DNA of 63,066 nucleotides, the filler included, from Octopus bimaculoides (lineage: Eukaryota), in assembly GCF_001194135.2 (NCBI RefSeq). It is 6 parts of 6 records of this genome, joined end to end, with 100 filler letters (N's around TTAATTAATTAA, not from the genome) between each part and the next. Parts side by side here need not be neighbours in the genome. Positions count along the whole stretch, not along the records: positions 45,014 to 57,110 come from NC_068990.1; positions 57,211 to 60,267 come from NC_068992.1; positions 60,368 to 63,066 come from NC_069006.1; 3 more parts are not named here. One strand, given 5' to 3'. The stretch's first letter is position 1, and the number at the start of each line of letters is the position of its first letter. A model generated the notes under the pieces. It searched no databases, was not told the DNA's origin, and was given only the letters and a program-made list of their open reading frames with translations. Position numbers and translations under genes: made by a program. This document shows positions 50,622 to 61,590 of the stretch, in pieces.

Positions 50622-51607
50622 TGCATATATACAGGCATACAAGTATACGAATAAGTCTGTATATACGTATGAATGGATCTTAAAACTGAAGAACGGATAT
50701 GAAGATATTGACTAAGTCCAAAAATATATATGTACGCTTAATTTTACGATATCAAATATGTTTCCGTGAATCTTTAACGATATATGTACAACAGCTTGGT
50801 TTAGTTCAAATGGTAGTTTCTTTACCCACGAAACTTCAAGGAATGTTTACATGAGTGAAGCTGTAATTCGATATATGTATCTCTGACCAAATATATTGGT
50901 AACACACACTGACGCACACTCACACATATACACAGAGACACACACACGCATACACACATTTATATATACTTATACCCGTATGTTTTCTACATATATTTTC
51001 TTATCTTTATCGCAATCATTTTCTCTTCAACTACGAGATGAGCTCAAATAATCGCACCATGAATCACACTTGAATATTGCGCACAAGCGTATGTTTAGAC
51101 AAACGTTCACTAATACAAACTATTATCCCTCTCAATGTAATGTATTTTCAATGATGTATAATCTCTTCTTTGTATTCTCGAAGCTTATTTAAAACTTCAT
51201 TCACGTGCATTTTAAAACAATTACAAATTTCATGTATCTACACATTGTTTCACTTCTATTTTTCTAACATTCAGTCGCTTCTAAGACAATGCCTGTGTAA
51301 TATCGTAAATGGCATACTGATCTAAATGTCTTCTTTCCTTTCGCAATAACCAATGCATGCATACAACTATTTGTTATGGGGTATTTTCAGCGTTTCTGAG
51401 TTTGGATATAAAAAAAACACTGTTAAAATACATATATGAGACATATGGAAACCGTAAAGAAAATATGTCACTGATAGACAAAGTGCGTACTTTGTCACAC
51501 GAATAACATGTGTGTAATTGGTGTGTATGTATTTGTGTTTATATGTATGTATGTATGTGCAGATTTATATGTTTTATGTATGTATTATCATGCATATAGT
51601 TGCATAT

Positions 51608-51946
51608 GTGAAGGCGCATGACTCAGTGGTTAGAGCGTCGAGCTTACGATCGTGAGGTTGTGAGTTCAAATCCCGGACCGGGCTGCGTGTTGTGTACCTG
51701 AGCAAGACACTTTATTTTACGTTGCTCCAGTTTACTCAGCTGTAGAAATGAGTTGCGACGTCACAGGTGGCAAGCTATATCGGCCTTTGCCCTTCCCTTG
51801 GATAACACTGGTGCCGTGGAGAGGGGAGACCGGTATACATGGGCGACTGCTGGTCTTCCATAAACAACCTTGCCTAGGTTTGTGCCTGAGAGGGTAACTT
51901 TCTAAGTGCAATCCCATGGTCAATCATGACCGAAGGGTGTCTCAGC
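51608..51946 (+). mobile_element. Full-length SINE family C with 10-bp TSD, inserted in the 3' UTR of an RLE LINE
   Basis: tRNA head gaaggcgcatgactcagtggttagagcg...gagttcaaatccc; TSD agttgcatat at 51598-51607 and 51947-51956. Confidence 0.93.
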
Positions 51947-51956
51947 AGTTGCATAT

Positions 51957-53150
51957 CTAGACATGTTCAGATATATTTAAATGATAAACTTCTGGAAAGC
52001 CTTACAGATTTTTGCAGTTCTAGTGATGGATTGAATCTGTAGTCTTCGAATTAGCTTTCTTCTTTCTGGTTTTGAGAAGCCTAATTTCTCAAGACTGGCA
52101 TTTAGACAGTGTGTTACATATCCAAGGATCCCAATAATTACGGGTATAAACCTGAAATTTTAATCTGGATGGAGTAATTACAGATTTCTCAATAGTTTAG
52201 CATAGGTGTACTCTTTGTCACTGATCTTCAGCTTTACATTAACATCTGCTGGGCAGCTCATTTCTAAAACTGTGCACAGTTTCTCTCCTCTAACCCTAAT
52301 CATTATATCAAGTCTGTCGTGCTTACATTTTACTGAGATCTTCACGGGTACATTCCACCAGTATTCCTTTCTATTATGAGTGGCTATATCTTCTACCATA
52401 TTGTGGGTCCTTATTTCCTTGTACTCGAAATTATCCTACCGACGGATTTCATCACAGAATGTCCTAGCTACAACATCTTGTCTCATCGCTAAATAATGCC
52501 GTGATGACATTTCGGACAACTGCTTATGATGTGGGTGATATCTTCAGTGTGAACTCCACAAAGTCTACATCGCTTGTCACATTTTACGGCTTTTTCTGTA
52601 TCGCTATCACTTTTGTGCAACAAGTACTTGGTTGACATTTCTTGTTCCTCGATTGCAAACGCATGCTCTTCAAAGCGGGAGGTAGTAATCTGATAAACTG
52701 CTTTGATGAACAATGTTACTATCATCTCGGAGCTTTCTACTAACATATCCATGCATAGTCTTCTGCTCATACAGGTTCATACTTTCATCTGATGATACGT
52801 TGCGATAAAGTCGTGCGACTTCTTTGGGCATGCATGTAAGGAGCTGCCTTCCAAGTCTTATGATGTTATCAGCCTCATGTATGCAATCTTGGTAAAGGTA
52901 TGCACTTCGAGACATGTTCGCTAAAAGATATTGCTGAACATCTTGGTACTTTTCTACTAACATATCCATGCATAGTCTTCTGTTCATATAGGCTCATCCT
53001 TTCCTCTGGTGATACGTTGTAGTGCCACTTCTTTGGGCATGTATTGTAGGTTATCAGACAAAGGATAGTGTGCAAGGAACTGTCTTCCATGTCTTATGAT
53101 GTTATCAGCCTCATATATTCAAACTTGGTCAAGGAATGCACTTCAACACT
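51957..53150 (-). mobile_element. RLE-type LINE (same family as 25875-26765) with internal tandem rearrangement
   Basis: CRLCGVHTEDITHIISSCPK; RLDIMIRVRGEKLCTVLEMSCPAD; the YEQKTMHGYVSRK block occurs twice. Confidence 0.9.
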
Positions 53151-53179
53151 TGGTGGTTAAAACATGTTGTCGGTGGGGG

Positions 53180-53405
53180 GGGGGTGATGCCAGATTCAAA
53201 GGCATTTTGAAGGAATGCATCACCAACTCCTTTGCCAACGTATCACCAGATGTGCTATTACGAGTTCACAATGAGTGGGGTAAACGTATTGCAATGTGTA
53301 TTCAAAACAATGGTAAACATATAAAGTCTGTTTAAATAATAAAAAGAAACTGTTCTTATAAAAAGATAAATTGTTCCTGTGCATGGCGACTTTTGAATCA
53401 CCCTG
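53180..53405 (+). mobile_element. IS630-Tc1-mariner 3' fragment with right TIR
   Basis: LKECITNSFANVSPDVLLRVHNEWGKRIAMCIQNNGKHIKSV*; ends gcgacttttgaatcaccctg-TA. Confidence 0.8.
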
Positions 53406-55709
53406 TATAATAAACGACACTATTATTTGTATACATAGAAAGCCTTTTGGCTATACGACAGAATTTAGAGAAAACATGGAGATCTAAAGCTATCAGGAAA
53501 GAACGCGGTCATTTCGAATTAAAAAATAAATGTAAAAAATCACGTCAAATATACCTAAGCGTCGAAAAACAATGAGCTGGAACTCGATTTAAAAATAACT
53601 TAGAAAAGCAGGAGCTGAAAACACAGAAAAGCCTAACTGTGCAAGAGATCGCTCATTTTAAAAAATATAGGTAGATTCAAAATAGTATGGTCATGTGCTA
53701 CCTTGTAGGAGAGGAGAGAAGAAAAGTGTAATAGTGGGTTGAAAGAAAGAGAGAGACTAAGAAACAGGGAAAGTGAGAGAGAAGGAGGGGCCCCACAGAG
53801 GAAGAAAACTAGAAAAAGACGTATCAAAAGACAAAAATATACAGAAAGTTTAAGATAAAGACATCGGAAAGAAGACAGAAAGAATGTGAAAGAGAAACAC
53901 TAGAACGATGATGGGAAGCGAGCAATGGAAAGAGACGTGTGGAAGGGAAAAAGAGACAGTTATTAAACGAGAGGGAAAAAGTGGAGTATATAGAAAGGGA
54001 AGTAAAAGGTACAAAGCGAGCAGGAAGGTAAATAGAAATGTAGATACGGATGTGTAGAATAAGAGAAGTGGAGAAAGATAGAAAATGTAGAAGGAAGAAA
54101 ATAGAAGATAGAGAGATATGATAACGGGAAAAGGGTAGGTAAAGAGGAAAACAGATAAAAGAGAATTGTTGAACGAAGTTGAAAGCATTGCTAGTGTGTT
54201 ATGTATGCATGTACGTATATAAGTATATTATATATATATATATATGTCTATGCCTAAGTATTCATTATGTATGCATGCATGTGTGTATATATGTATGCAT
54301 GTATGTATGTATGTATGAATTTATCAATCTATATATATATATATATATAAATATACAAACATACGTACCATATATATATANNNNNNNNNNNNNNNNNNNN
54401 NNNNNNNNNNNNNNNNNNNNNNNNNNNNNNNNNNNNNNNNNNNNNNNNNNNNNNNNNNNNNNNNNNNNNNNNNNNNNNNNNNNNNNNNNNNNNNNNNNNN
54501 NNNNNNNNNNNNNNNNNNNNNNNNNNNNNNNNNNNNNNNNNNNNNNNNNNNNNNNNNNNNNNNNNNNNNNNNNNNNNNNNNNNNNNNNNNNNNNNNNNNN
54601 NNNNNNNNNNNNNNNNNNNACTTACATATACACACACACATACACACACATATATATGCAATCATGTAATACATACATATATGCGCTTATGTATAGACCC
54701 GCACTTATTTGTATATCCATACATGTAAATACACATACATATATATGTGTGTGTCTGTGTGTGTATGTATATATGTATGTATATACAAATATATGTGTGC
54801 ATGTCGGCCTAGGCCTAGCGATACCAATAACCAGTTGTTAGAACTCAATATACCTATACATGATTTGTCAGAAGTTCTCAGCTCAGGACACTTATGTGAC
54901 CCAACAGGTCTGTACCGAGCATAAAAGGAATTAATTAATTAATGACAAAAGAACGAGAGATTCGTAATCACTTTCATTTACTTACAGCAGTTTCTGCTAC
55001 AAAGAACTGTAAACAAATTGCTCTGAGTAAGCTATTAGATATTCCACTGATAATCAACTGTGTGGTAGCAGTATTTATAACAGAAACTGTTGTAAGCAAA
55101 AGAAAGCGATTACCCGGTTCCAATTTAATTGTCGTTAATTCATGAATATAAATTGTGAACGTTCTTTTGCGCGCGCACGCGTTTACAAATCTCTGTTGAT
55201 TCATCAGAAGCGATCAAGCGATAAACTACAGGACTTGATAGAAATATAGAATATTCTTTGATAGTGAGAGGTTCCGATTTCCAATACACCGAGTTCCTCG
55301 TTTCCGATCAGCATCTGGTAAACTAAGCTTCCTTTTCTTTTGAATATTCAGAACCTGAATTTTTTTTCAAATATGAAATGTAAGTTTAAAAGAAACGCTT
55401 ATCCTTGTTCTTTGTTTAAAAATCTTTGTGAACGACACGTACTAAAACGGCGGCCTCAAGCTCACGCTTTTTATTTAATTTCTGGTTCTCGTGGTGATAT
55501 CATTATAAAAGTCATAAATTCCATACAATCTAAATTATGAAATTGCGTTGTTATTTAAACAATTTACCAAATATTAGTTAAAGAAATACGTTTAATTAAT
55601 ACGTTTATTTTCGAAATGTTTAATTAATAGGTTTTAATGTCATATGTTTTAATATATATGTCCGTGTCTATATATGAGTATATGTATATAAGCATATGTA
55701 TAGATATAT

Positions 55710-56370
55710 GATTATTGCCACTTCTTTGCAGAAGAAGTTGCTTTTGATAGCATTCCTAAAACATTTCTTAGGTTTATGTCTTGGATGTTTGCCACACTGC
55801 AACTCCTCGTAAAACAACTGCTTCGGCAACATGTCATCCTGCATTCTGGCAAGGTGCCCAACCCAACCATCTGATTGCGTATGAGGGTCATTTCAATACT
55901 GGATGTGTTAGCTTGCTGAAGAACAATGGTGTATGGTGTTAAAGACTTCCATTTGATGTCTAGTATCCTCCTTAGGTAAGACTGATGGAATCTTTCTAAA
56001 GCCTTGATGGGGCGCCGATATGTCGTCCACTTTCAGAAGAGTACAGGAGGACCGTTAAAATGCAAGATTCATAGATACTAAGCTTGGTTTTGAAGGTGAT
56101 ATCTCTATCACCTTACACATGATTTTCAAGCCTTCTAAATGCTTTGCTGGCTTTTTCAATTTTCAGGTTTATTTCAGAATCAAGGGATCCATTTCTAGAA
56201 AGTGTGCTGCCAAAGTAGATGAACGAGTCAACCACATCTAATCTTGTACCCTGTGCGAAGATGTTTGGTTCCACATAGGGTTGGCCTGGTGGCTGAGAGA
56301 AGATGATATTGTTTTCTTTAGACTGGTGGTAAGTCCAAACGCAACACAAGCTCTACAGAAGTGACGCAAT
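55710..56370 (-). mobile_element. 5'-truncated RTE LINE
   Basis: FGLTTSLKKT; QPPGQPYVEPNIF..LDVVDSFIYFGSTLSRNGSLDSEINLKIEKASKAFRRL. Confidence 0.88.
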
Positions 56371-57429
56371 CCTATATAGTAATAAAACTTGTTTATTATC
56401 CTTTGTGCATTTCGATGCAAGATCCCGACTTACTCTTGTCTGAGATAAGAAATTAGGCCCTTCCATTTCTTCAGGGCCAAGTTGCATTAATTCACAACAG
56501 ACAACATTATTACTTGTAGTTAAATTACATGTGTATAAAAAAAAATTCTAATCAAGTTGTTACGACATGAACATATTGAAACTGCTGGCAATATCGGTTA
56601 AGAAAACCGTTATATAGTAGAGTAACTAAGTACAAATGTTAACCTAGGATATTAAGTAACGACATGCATACGACGCTGTTTCATCAAATAAAATGCATTA
56701 GAAGTTTGAAAAGAAAATAAAAAAAGTAAAACGAAGGAAGAAAAATTACCTATTATAGATCTTAACAGAAATACAAATTAATGGTCAAAGAGAGGTAAAT
56801 CTAGCAAAATAATATTTTTGATCTACATAATTCACTCCATTGTGATTAACCCTGTCAAATAATTATATTTATTTTTAAGTTTACAATAGTTTTGAGACAT
56901 AATTTAAGGATATGCAATCAAGATAAATTATAAATTATAAATTATAAATTATAAAATACAATAAATTATGCCACATTCAAGTTGCAACCATCAAGAATTT
57001 AAATAAACATTACATTAACTTAGTAGTGGAATTAAAATACAATATTAATGAAGGAAGGGATTTAAACGATGAGGCAAACATTTAAATACACACACACACA
57101 CACACACACANNNNNNNNNNNNNNNNNNNNNNNNNNNNNNNNNNNNNNNNNNNNTTAATTAATTAANNNNNNNNNNNNNNNNNNNNNNNNNNNNNNNNNN
57201 NNNNNNNNNNCATGCCACCATGGGGAGCGGACGTTTTAGCTATGATGATCAGGATATGGACAAAAAGAAAAAATGTTGCTGTAAATTTCTTTTAATATCA
57301 GGATATTACCGAGGAATTGAAATAAAGAATTAGAGACGAAACAAAACAAGAATTAAATTTGAAGATGGTGCTACAACCTGGATGGTATCCGTCGACCACA
57401 AATAGCTCCAAAGAAGGAATGATACTCAC

Positions 57430-57557
57430 ACTATCACAGCTAGACCATGGTAATTTTGATTGCATCGAGGCGAAGAAATAAAATAATGTATATGCCATGA
57501 TGACGTTGTAATAAATGGCAACAAAGAGGGAGATCATAGCCATAGAGATTCCAATTC
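57430..57557 (-). CDS. Next coding exon of the same SLC6 transporter (TM3 and start of EL2); GlyT2/amino-acid-transporter-like
   Basis: Translates [43 protein letters not shown] (cf. GlyT2 IYYNVIICYTLFYLFASF..LPW.SC). Acceptor ctactttttcag; phase 1 matches the upstream exon; donor gtgagt at 57429. Confidence 0.93.
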
Positions 57558-57975
57558 CTGAAAAAGTAGAAGATAAATGAGGCCGTTTTTCGAAAACATT
57601 TGTTTTGCTTTAAATATTGATCTTTATTCAGGGTAAACAAAAAATCGTTATTTTTTGGGAGATGGCTAACAATAATCTATTATTGGTACTAATATTTCAT
57701 ATTCAATTTATGCAGTTATGAATGGTGATATAAAGAAACACCAATGAGCAAAGATGTAGGAATATTTTCTCCTTAAATTTGAATTTTTATACCGGGTATT
57801 ACTGTGGAACGAAGAAATAAAGCGCATACGAAAAATGGCGAATGTAGATTTTGGTAGGAATCGTGGAGGAAGAGACGAGGTTGAAAGAAATACAAGACCG
57901 ACTTTTTGGACAGTGATGGTCTGCAACTTTTATAAGCCGCACTTATTTACTCAAATGTACAAGTATTTCATTTAA

Positions 57976-58658
57976 AATAAAAAAAAGGAAAAAGGGGAAA
58001 AAGAACGGGAGACGGTCGGCGGAGGTGCCGACCGAACCAGAAGTCCCTCCGGTGGGAAATGTGCCACCGAAGAGGAATTGTGCCGCTGACAGAGTGGTGT
58101 GACGTGAGGATAATGATTTTTATGTTATCCTGTACCATGGAAGGACTATGAATGAGTTCTTGGCCCACGAGTGCGGCCAAGATAGGAACTACTCGGAGTG
58201 TGCGAGTAGTTCCACATGGCCTCCGCAGGTGGCTGCGGTGGTTATAACAGACAACATGATGACAAAAGTCATAAAAGAATGTAACCTGAAATATTTCTTC
58301 TACCTCGCGGCAAATTCAAGCCTAACAATAGACACTTGTTTGTCAGGGGCAGCATATCCGCTTGCGGAGGGGTGGCGTGAAGAAAATTGTGAAAAATTTT
58401 TAATATATTGAAATTGTGTAAAATTTCTAATATTGATAGTGTAAGAGGTTTGCAACCTCATAAGTGTTTTTTAAAGGAAAAAAAAGAACAATGTTTTCGA
58501 GGGGTTATCAGTCGGCGGGTGCTGGTGCCTCATTATTTGTTTCATCCTTATCACCATCATCTCATTAATGTCCATGTCCAGCCCGCAGCTACTTTATGTT
58601 TGTCTGTCATTGTTTGTCCCCTCTATGTAACGCCGCTAATGGCGAATTTATTGAAATA
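57976..58658 (+). mobile_element. Unclassified hairpin-rich retroposed element in the SLC6 intron
   Basis: 15-bp direct repeat aagtatttcatttaa at 57961 and 58659; about 9 adjacent hairpins at 58013-58368; 3' tail 29/30 identical to the SINE tail at 4442-4471. Confidence 0.6.
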
Positions 58659-58814
58659 AAGTATTTCATTTAATTATTTGATTTAATATTTCTTGAATTT
58701 AGAGAGGCTATTTGATGCAAAGTTCCAGAAAATTCGATGTACTTTTATCAAATTATATTAGACAAACTGAACGCACAATTTATGGAAATTAGTTGATAAA
58801 TAAACAAACTTTAC

Positions 58815-58946
58815 CTTTTGCGCTTGGATTCATTTCCCAAACACCTGTTGGACCCTTTGCTGAGTATTGTCCCATTACTAATTCCATAAAATACATTGGT
58901 TTACCAATCAAAAGCTGAAGCACCAGATAAGCAATGAGAAAGGCCG
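58815..58946 (-). CDS. Internal coding exon of an SLC6 (sodium:neurotransmitter symporter) transporter, TM2 region
   Basis: Translates (A)AFLIAYLVLQLLIGKPMYFMELVMGQYSAKGPTGVWEMNPSAKG, matching the SLC6 pattern GGAFLIPY..G.P..F.E..LGQ...G...VW...P..KG. Acceptor tctcttctttccag and donor G|gtaaag; 132 bp, phase 1-1. Confidence 0.93.
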
Positions 58947-59119
58947 CTGGAAAGAAGAGACAAAACTGTTTAAAACTTAGAAAAGTCGGCTTACATAAAT
59001 AAATAAATATATATGAATAATATACACATACACAAATACGTGTACATGCAGACATACAAATACGTGTATATACACACACACACACAAATACGTGTACATA
59101 CATACAAATATTTATGTAA

Positions 59120-59275
59120 CTTTATTCTTTTGTTTCAGTCATTTGACTGCGGCCATTTGACTACGTTTAGTCGAACAAATCGACCCCAGGACTTATTCTT
59201 TGTTAGCCTAGTACTTATTCTATCGGTCTCCGTTGTCAAGCGATGTTGGGGGACAAACACACGTGTGTATATATA
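59120..59275 (-). mobile_element. SINE family B 3' part
   Basis: tttcagtcatttgactgcggcc...tttagtcgaacaaatcgaccccaggacttattctttg. Confidence 0.82.
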
Positions 59276-59452
59276 TATATATACACACACACATACATAT
59301 TGTATACATATATATATATATACACACACACATACATATTGTATATATATATNNNNNNNNNNNNNNNNNNNNNNNNNNNNNNNNNNNNNNNNNNNNNNNN
59401 NNNNNNNNNNNNNNNNNNNNNNNNNNNNNNNNNNNNNNNNNNNNNNNNNNNN

Positions 59453-59750
59453 ATTAATTATTGGATGTCTTACAGCTGTTTCTGGGATATCCCAAGTGAT
59501 AGATTAGTATCTCCATACACTAGGTATTCCGTCATCAGAGATAAGGTGGGTATGTGGGAATGTTCTAGACAGGGAATTCACAGTTTATAAAGGAATAAAA
59601 TAGTAGACAAAAGAATAAAGAGTAAAACAGAATGCTAACAGGATAATGAAGTTCACAGCTCATCTTCTTCCAGAAGGTATGGAGGTTGGTCCGTACTTCC
59701 GTGAAGGTCCTTAAGTATATTCCCAGGTAAATCCAAGTAGTGTTTTGGCA
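59453..59750 (-). mobile_element. Penelope-like terminal repeat
   Basis: Homologous to 22335-22650; contains a hammerhead motif near its 3' end. Confidence 0.7.
59465..59545 (-). ncRNA. Minimal type-I hammerhead ribozyme motif (palindromic stem III)
   Basis: atct-CTGATGA(59538-59532)-long stem II-GAAA(59482-59479)-CAGCTG-TA-agaca; GUA cleavage triplet. The stem II closing pair is C.A, so this copy may be inactive. Confidence 0.65.
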
Positions 59751-60399
59751 GAATTTTGAATGTAGAGTTCATGTTGAAAGAATAGATTTATCAATATCTA
59801 TCTATCTATCTATCTATCAATCTTTCGCAGCTTTATATTTTCCGACGCTACTCTATCACTTTCTCTTTCTTTCTCTTCCTCTTCATTTTTCCCCCCTCTC
59901 GTTCCTCCTCTGTTTACTACTACGTATCTCTCTTTACCCCTCTCGTTCTTCCTCTGTTACTACTACGTATCTCCATTTCCCCCCTCGTACTTCCTCTCTT
60001 CCTCTCGTTGCTCACCTATTCTTCTACTTCCTCCTTTTGTTTCTCCCTCTACCACTCTCTCTCTCTTCCCCTTACACCGGCATGGTCACATGCTTCCGGT
60101 CAATAATCCTTTTCTTCCTTGGCTATCGCCGAGCAAACACGCGAACTTCGTCCCCACTTTCAAGTTCGTGCCTCACAGCGTTCATACACACATAATTTTC
60201 CCCGTCTGGCCGTATAGCCTTTTCTGTTTGTTTTCCTGTCTTGTCCGCCACTACATTCCTCCATGGCNNNNNNNNNNNNNNNNNNNNNNNNNNNNNNNNN
60301 NNNNNNNNNNNTTAATTAATTAANNNNNNNNNNNNNNNNNNNNNNNNNNNNNNNNNNNNNNNNNNNNACTTTCACTTTCCAGTACTCAATATACACAGT

Positions 60400-60900
60400 T
60401 TAAAATGCCAGCATGACTGTGTAGTAAGAAGTTTGCTTATCAATCATGTGGTTTGGGGTTCAGTCCTATTGTGTGGCACCTTGGGCAGGTGTCTTCTTCT
60501 ATAGTCTTGGTGCCAGCTTAAAGAATTGTCAGTGGATTTGGTAGAAGCAAACTGGTAGACAGAAACTGCCCGTCTGTGTGTGTGTGTGCATGTGTGCATA
60601 TGTGTGTGTGTGTGTCTCATTCTCTTGACATCATGTGATAGTTGTAAAACAATGTCAACACTAAAACACACACCTCTTCCCTTATGCCATAATCCTGACC
60701 TAGCATACAGACCCAGTGCCCTCCCTCCTTGGGTTTGTTGATTTGCTATCTTCACGGGGGCCTCAGTAGTGTTGGTGCTACATAAATAGTACCCAGTACA
60801 GTGTTTAGTTTGGGCTCTATAAGTTCTGAGTTCAAGCCCTGTCAAGGTCAGTTTGCTTTCCATTCTTGCAGGGGGTCGATAAGATGGTCAGCCAAGTGCT
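60400..60900 (+). mobile_element. Adjacent degenerate SINE family B (60400-60680) and family A (60740-60900) copies
   Basis: gtggtttggggttcagtcctattgtgtggcaccttgggcaggtgtctt; ttctgagttcaagccctgtcaaggtcagtttgctttcc. Confidence 0.75.
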
Positions 60901-60995
60901 GATTGAATCAACCGGTTTTCTTGGACGTATATTTGTGGCCATTTGCCAAAGTTTGGAAAATCAATAATAATAATAGTTATGATGGTGATGACAGC

Positions 60996-61024
<29 letters not shown>

Positions 61025-61026
<2 letters not shown>

Positions 61027-61205
61027 GCTTTGAAATTTTGGGGTTTGACGTTAGGAAGTGCATCCAGCCATAGAAACCATGTCAAAAAAGACACTGGTGT
61101 ATGATGGAGTCCCCCTCCTCATTGGCTATTCAACAAACCGTCCAACCCATACCAGCATGGAACATGGACATTAAATGATGACGGTGATGATGATGATGAT
61201 GATGT
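61025..61205 (+). mobile_element. SINE-like family D 3' part
   Basis: gacgttaggaagtgcatccagccatagaaacc...ccagcatggaacatggacattaaatgatgacgg. Confidence 0.78.
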
Positions 61206-61439
61206 TATATATATATATATACACACACTTTGGTGAAACTTGTTTGGCAAGTGATTTCATCTGCAATTGCGAATTGATAATAAAATAGTTGCATCACAGT
61301 TGTCATAGCAACAATTAAAAACACACAGACACGCATAAATATATTTGCATATACTCATATATATACACACAGACTTAGATACATACATACATACATACAT
61401 GCATACACACATTGTTTTAGTCACTTTTACATTATTATT

Positions 61440-61590
61440 ATTATTATTAAAAGGTGGGTGAATGTAGTGCAAATGGCAACTTAGCGATTTGGCAAAAGAG
61501 ACTGATAGAATAAGTACTAGGCTTACCAAGAATAAGTCCTGACATCGATTTGTTTGACTAAAGTCAAGTAACTGAAACAAGTAAAAGAAT
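61440..61590 (+). mobile_element. SINE family B 3' part
   Basis: caacttagcgatttggcaaaagagactgatagaataagtactaggcttaccaagaataagtcc...gactgaaac-like end. Confidence 0.75.

Noticed and set aside
51608-51690. tRNA genes at SINE heads
   Set aside because: A/B boxes are present but acceptor stems are incomplete and each is fused to SINE body and tail; not functional tRNAs.
56434-56548. Open frame NFFLYTCNLTTSNNVVCC..SQTR ending at a perfect gtaagt donor on -, phase-compatible with the SLC6 exon
   Set aside because: Poor acceptor with no pyrimidine tract, includes a T9 run, and lacks the EL2 W-N-T..C signature; would need RNA evidence.
58148-58411. 87-aa ORF inside the hairpin array, weakly like a Tx1 ORF2 C-terminus (LKYFF..CLS..W)
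   Set aside because: No CCHC or K.IW..R motif upstream, and dense perfect stems are hard to reconcile with coding; kept only as an alternative explanation.
60888-61094. FPNFGKWPQIYVQEN as the SLC6 GLGNVWRFP first exon
   Set aside because: No real motif match; lies between SINE copies and an (AAT)n tract.
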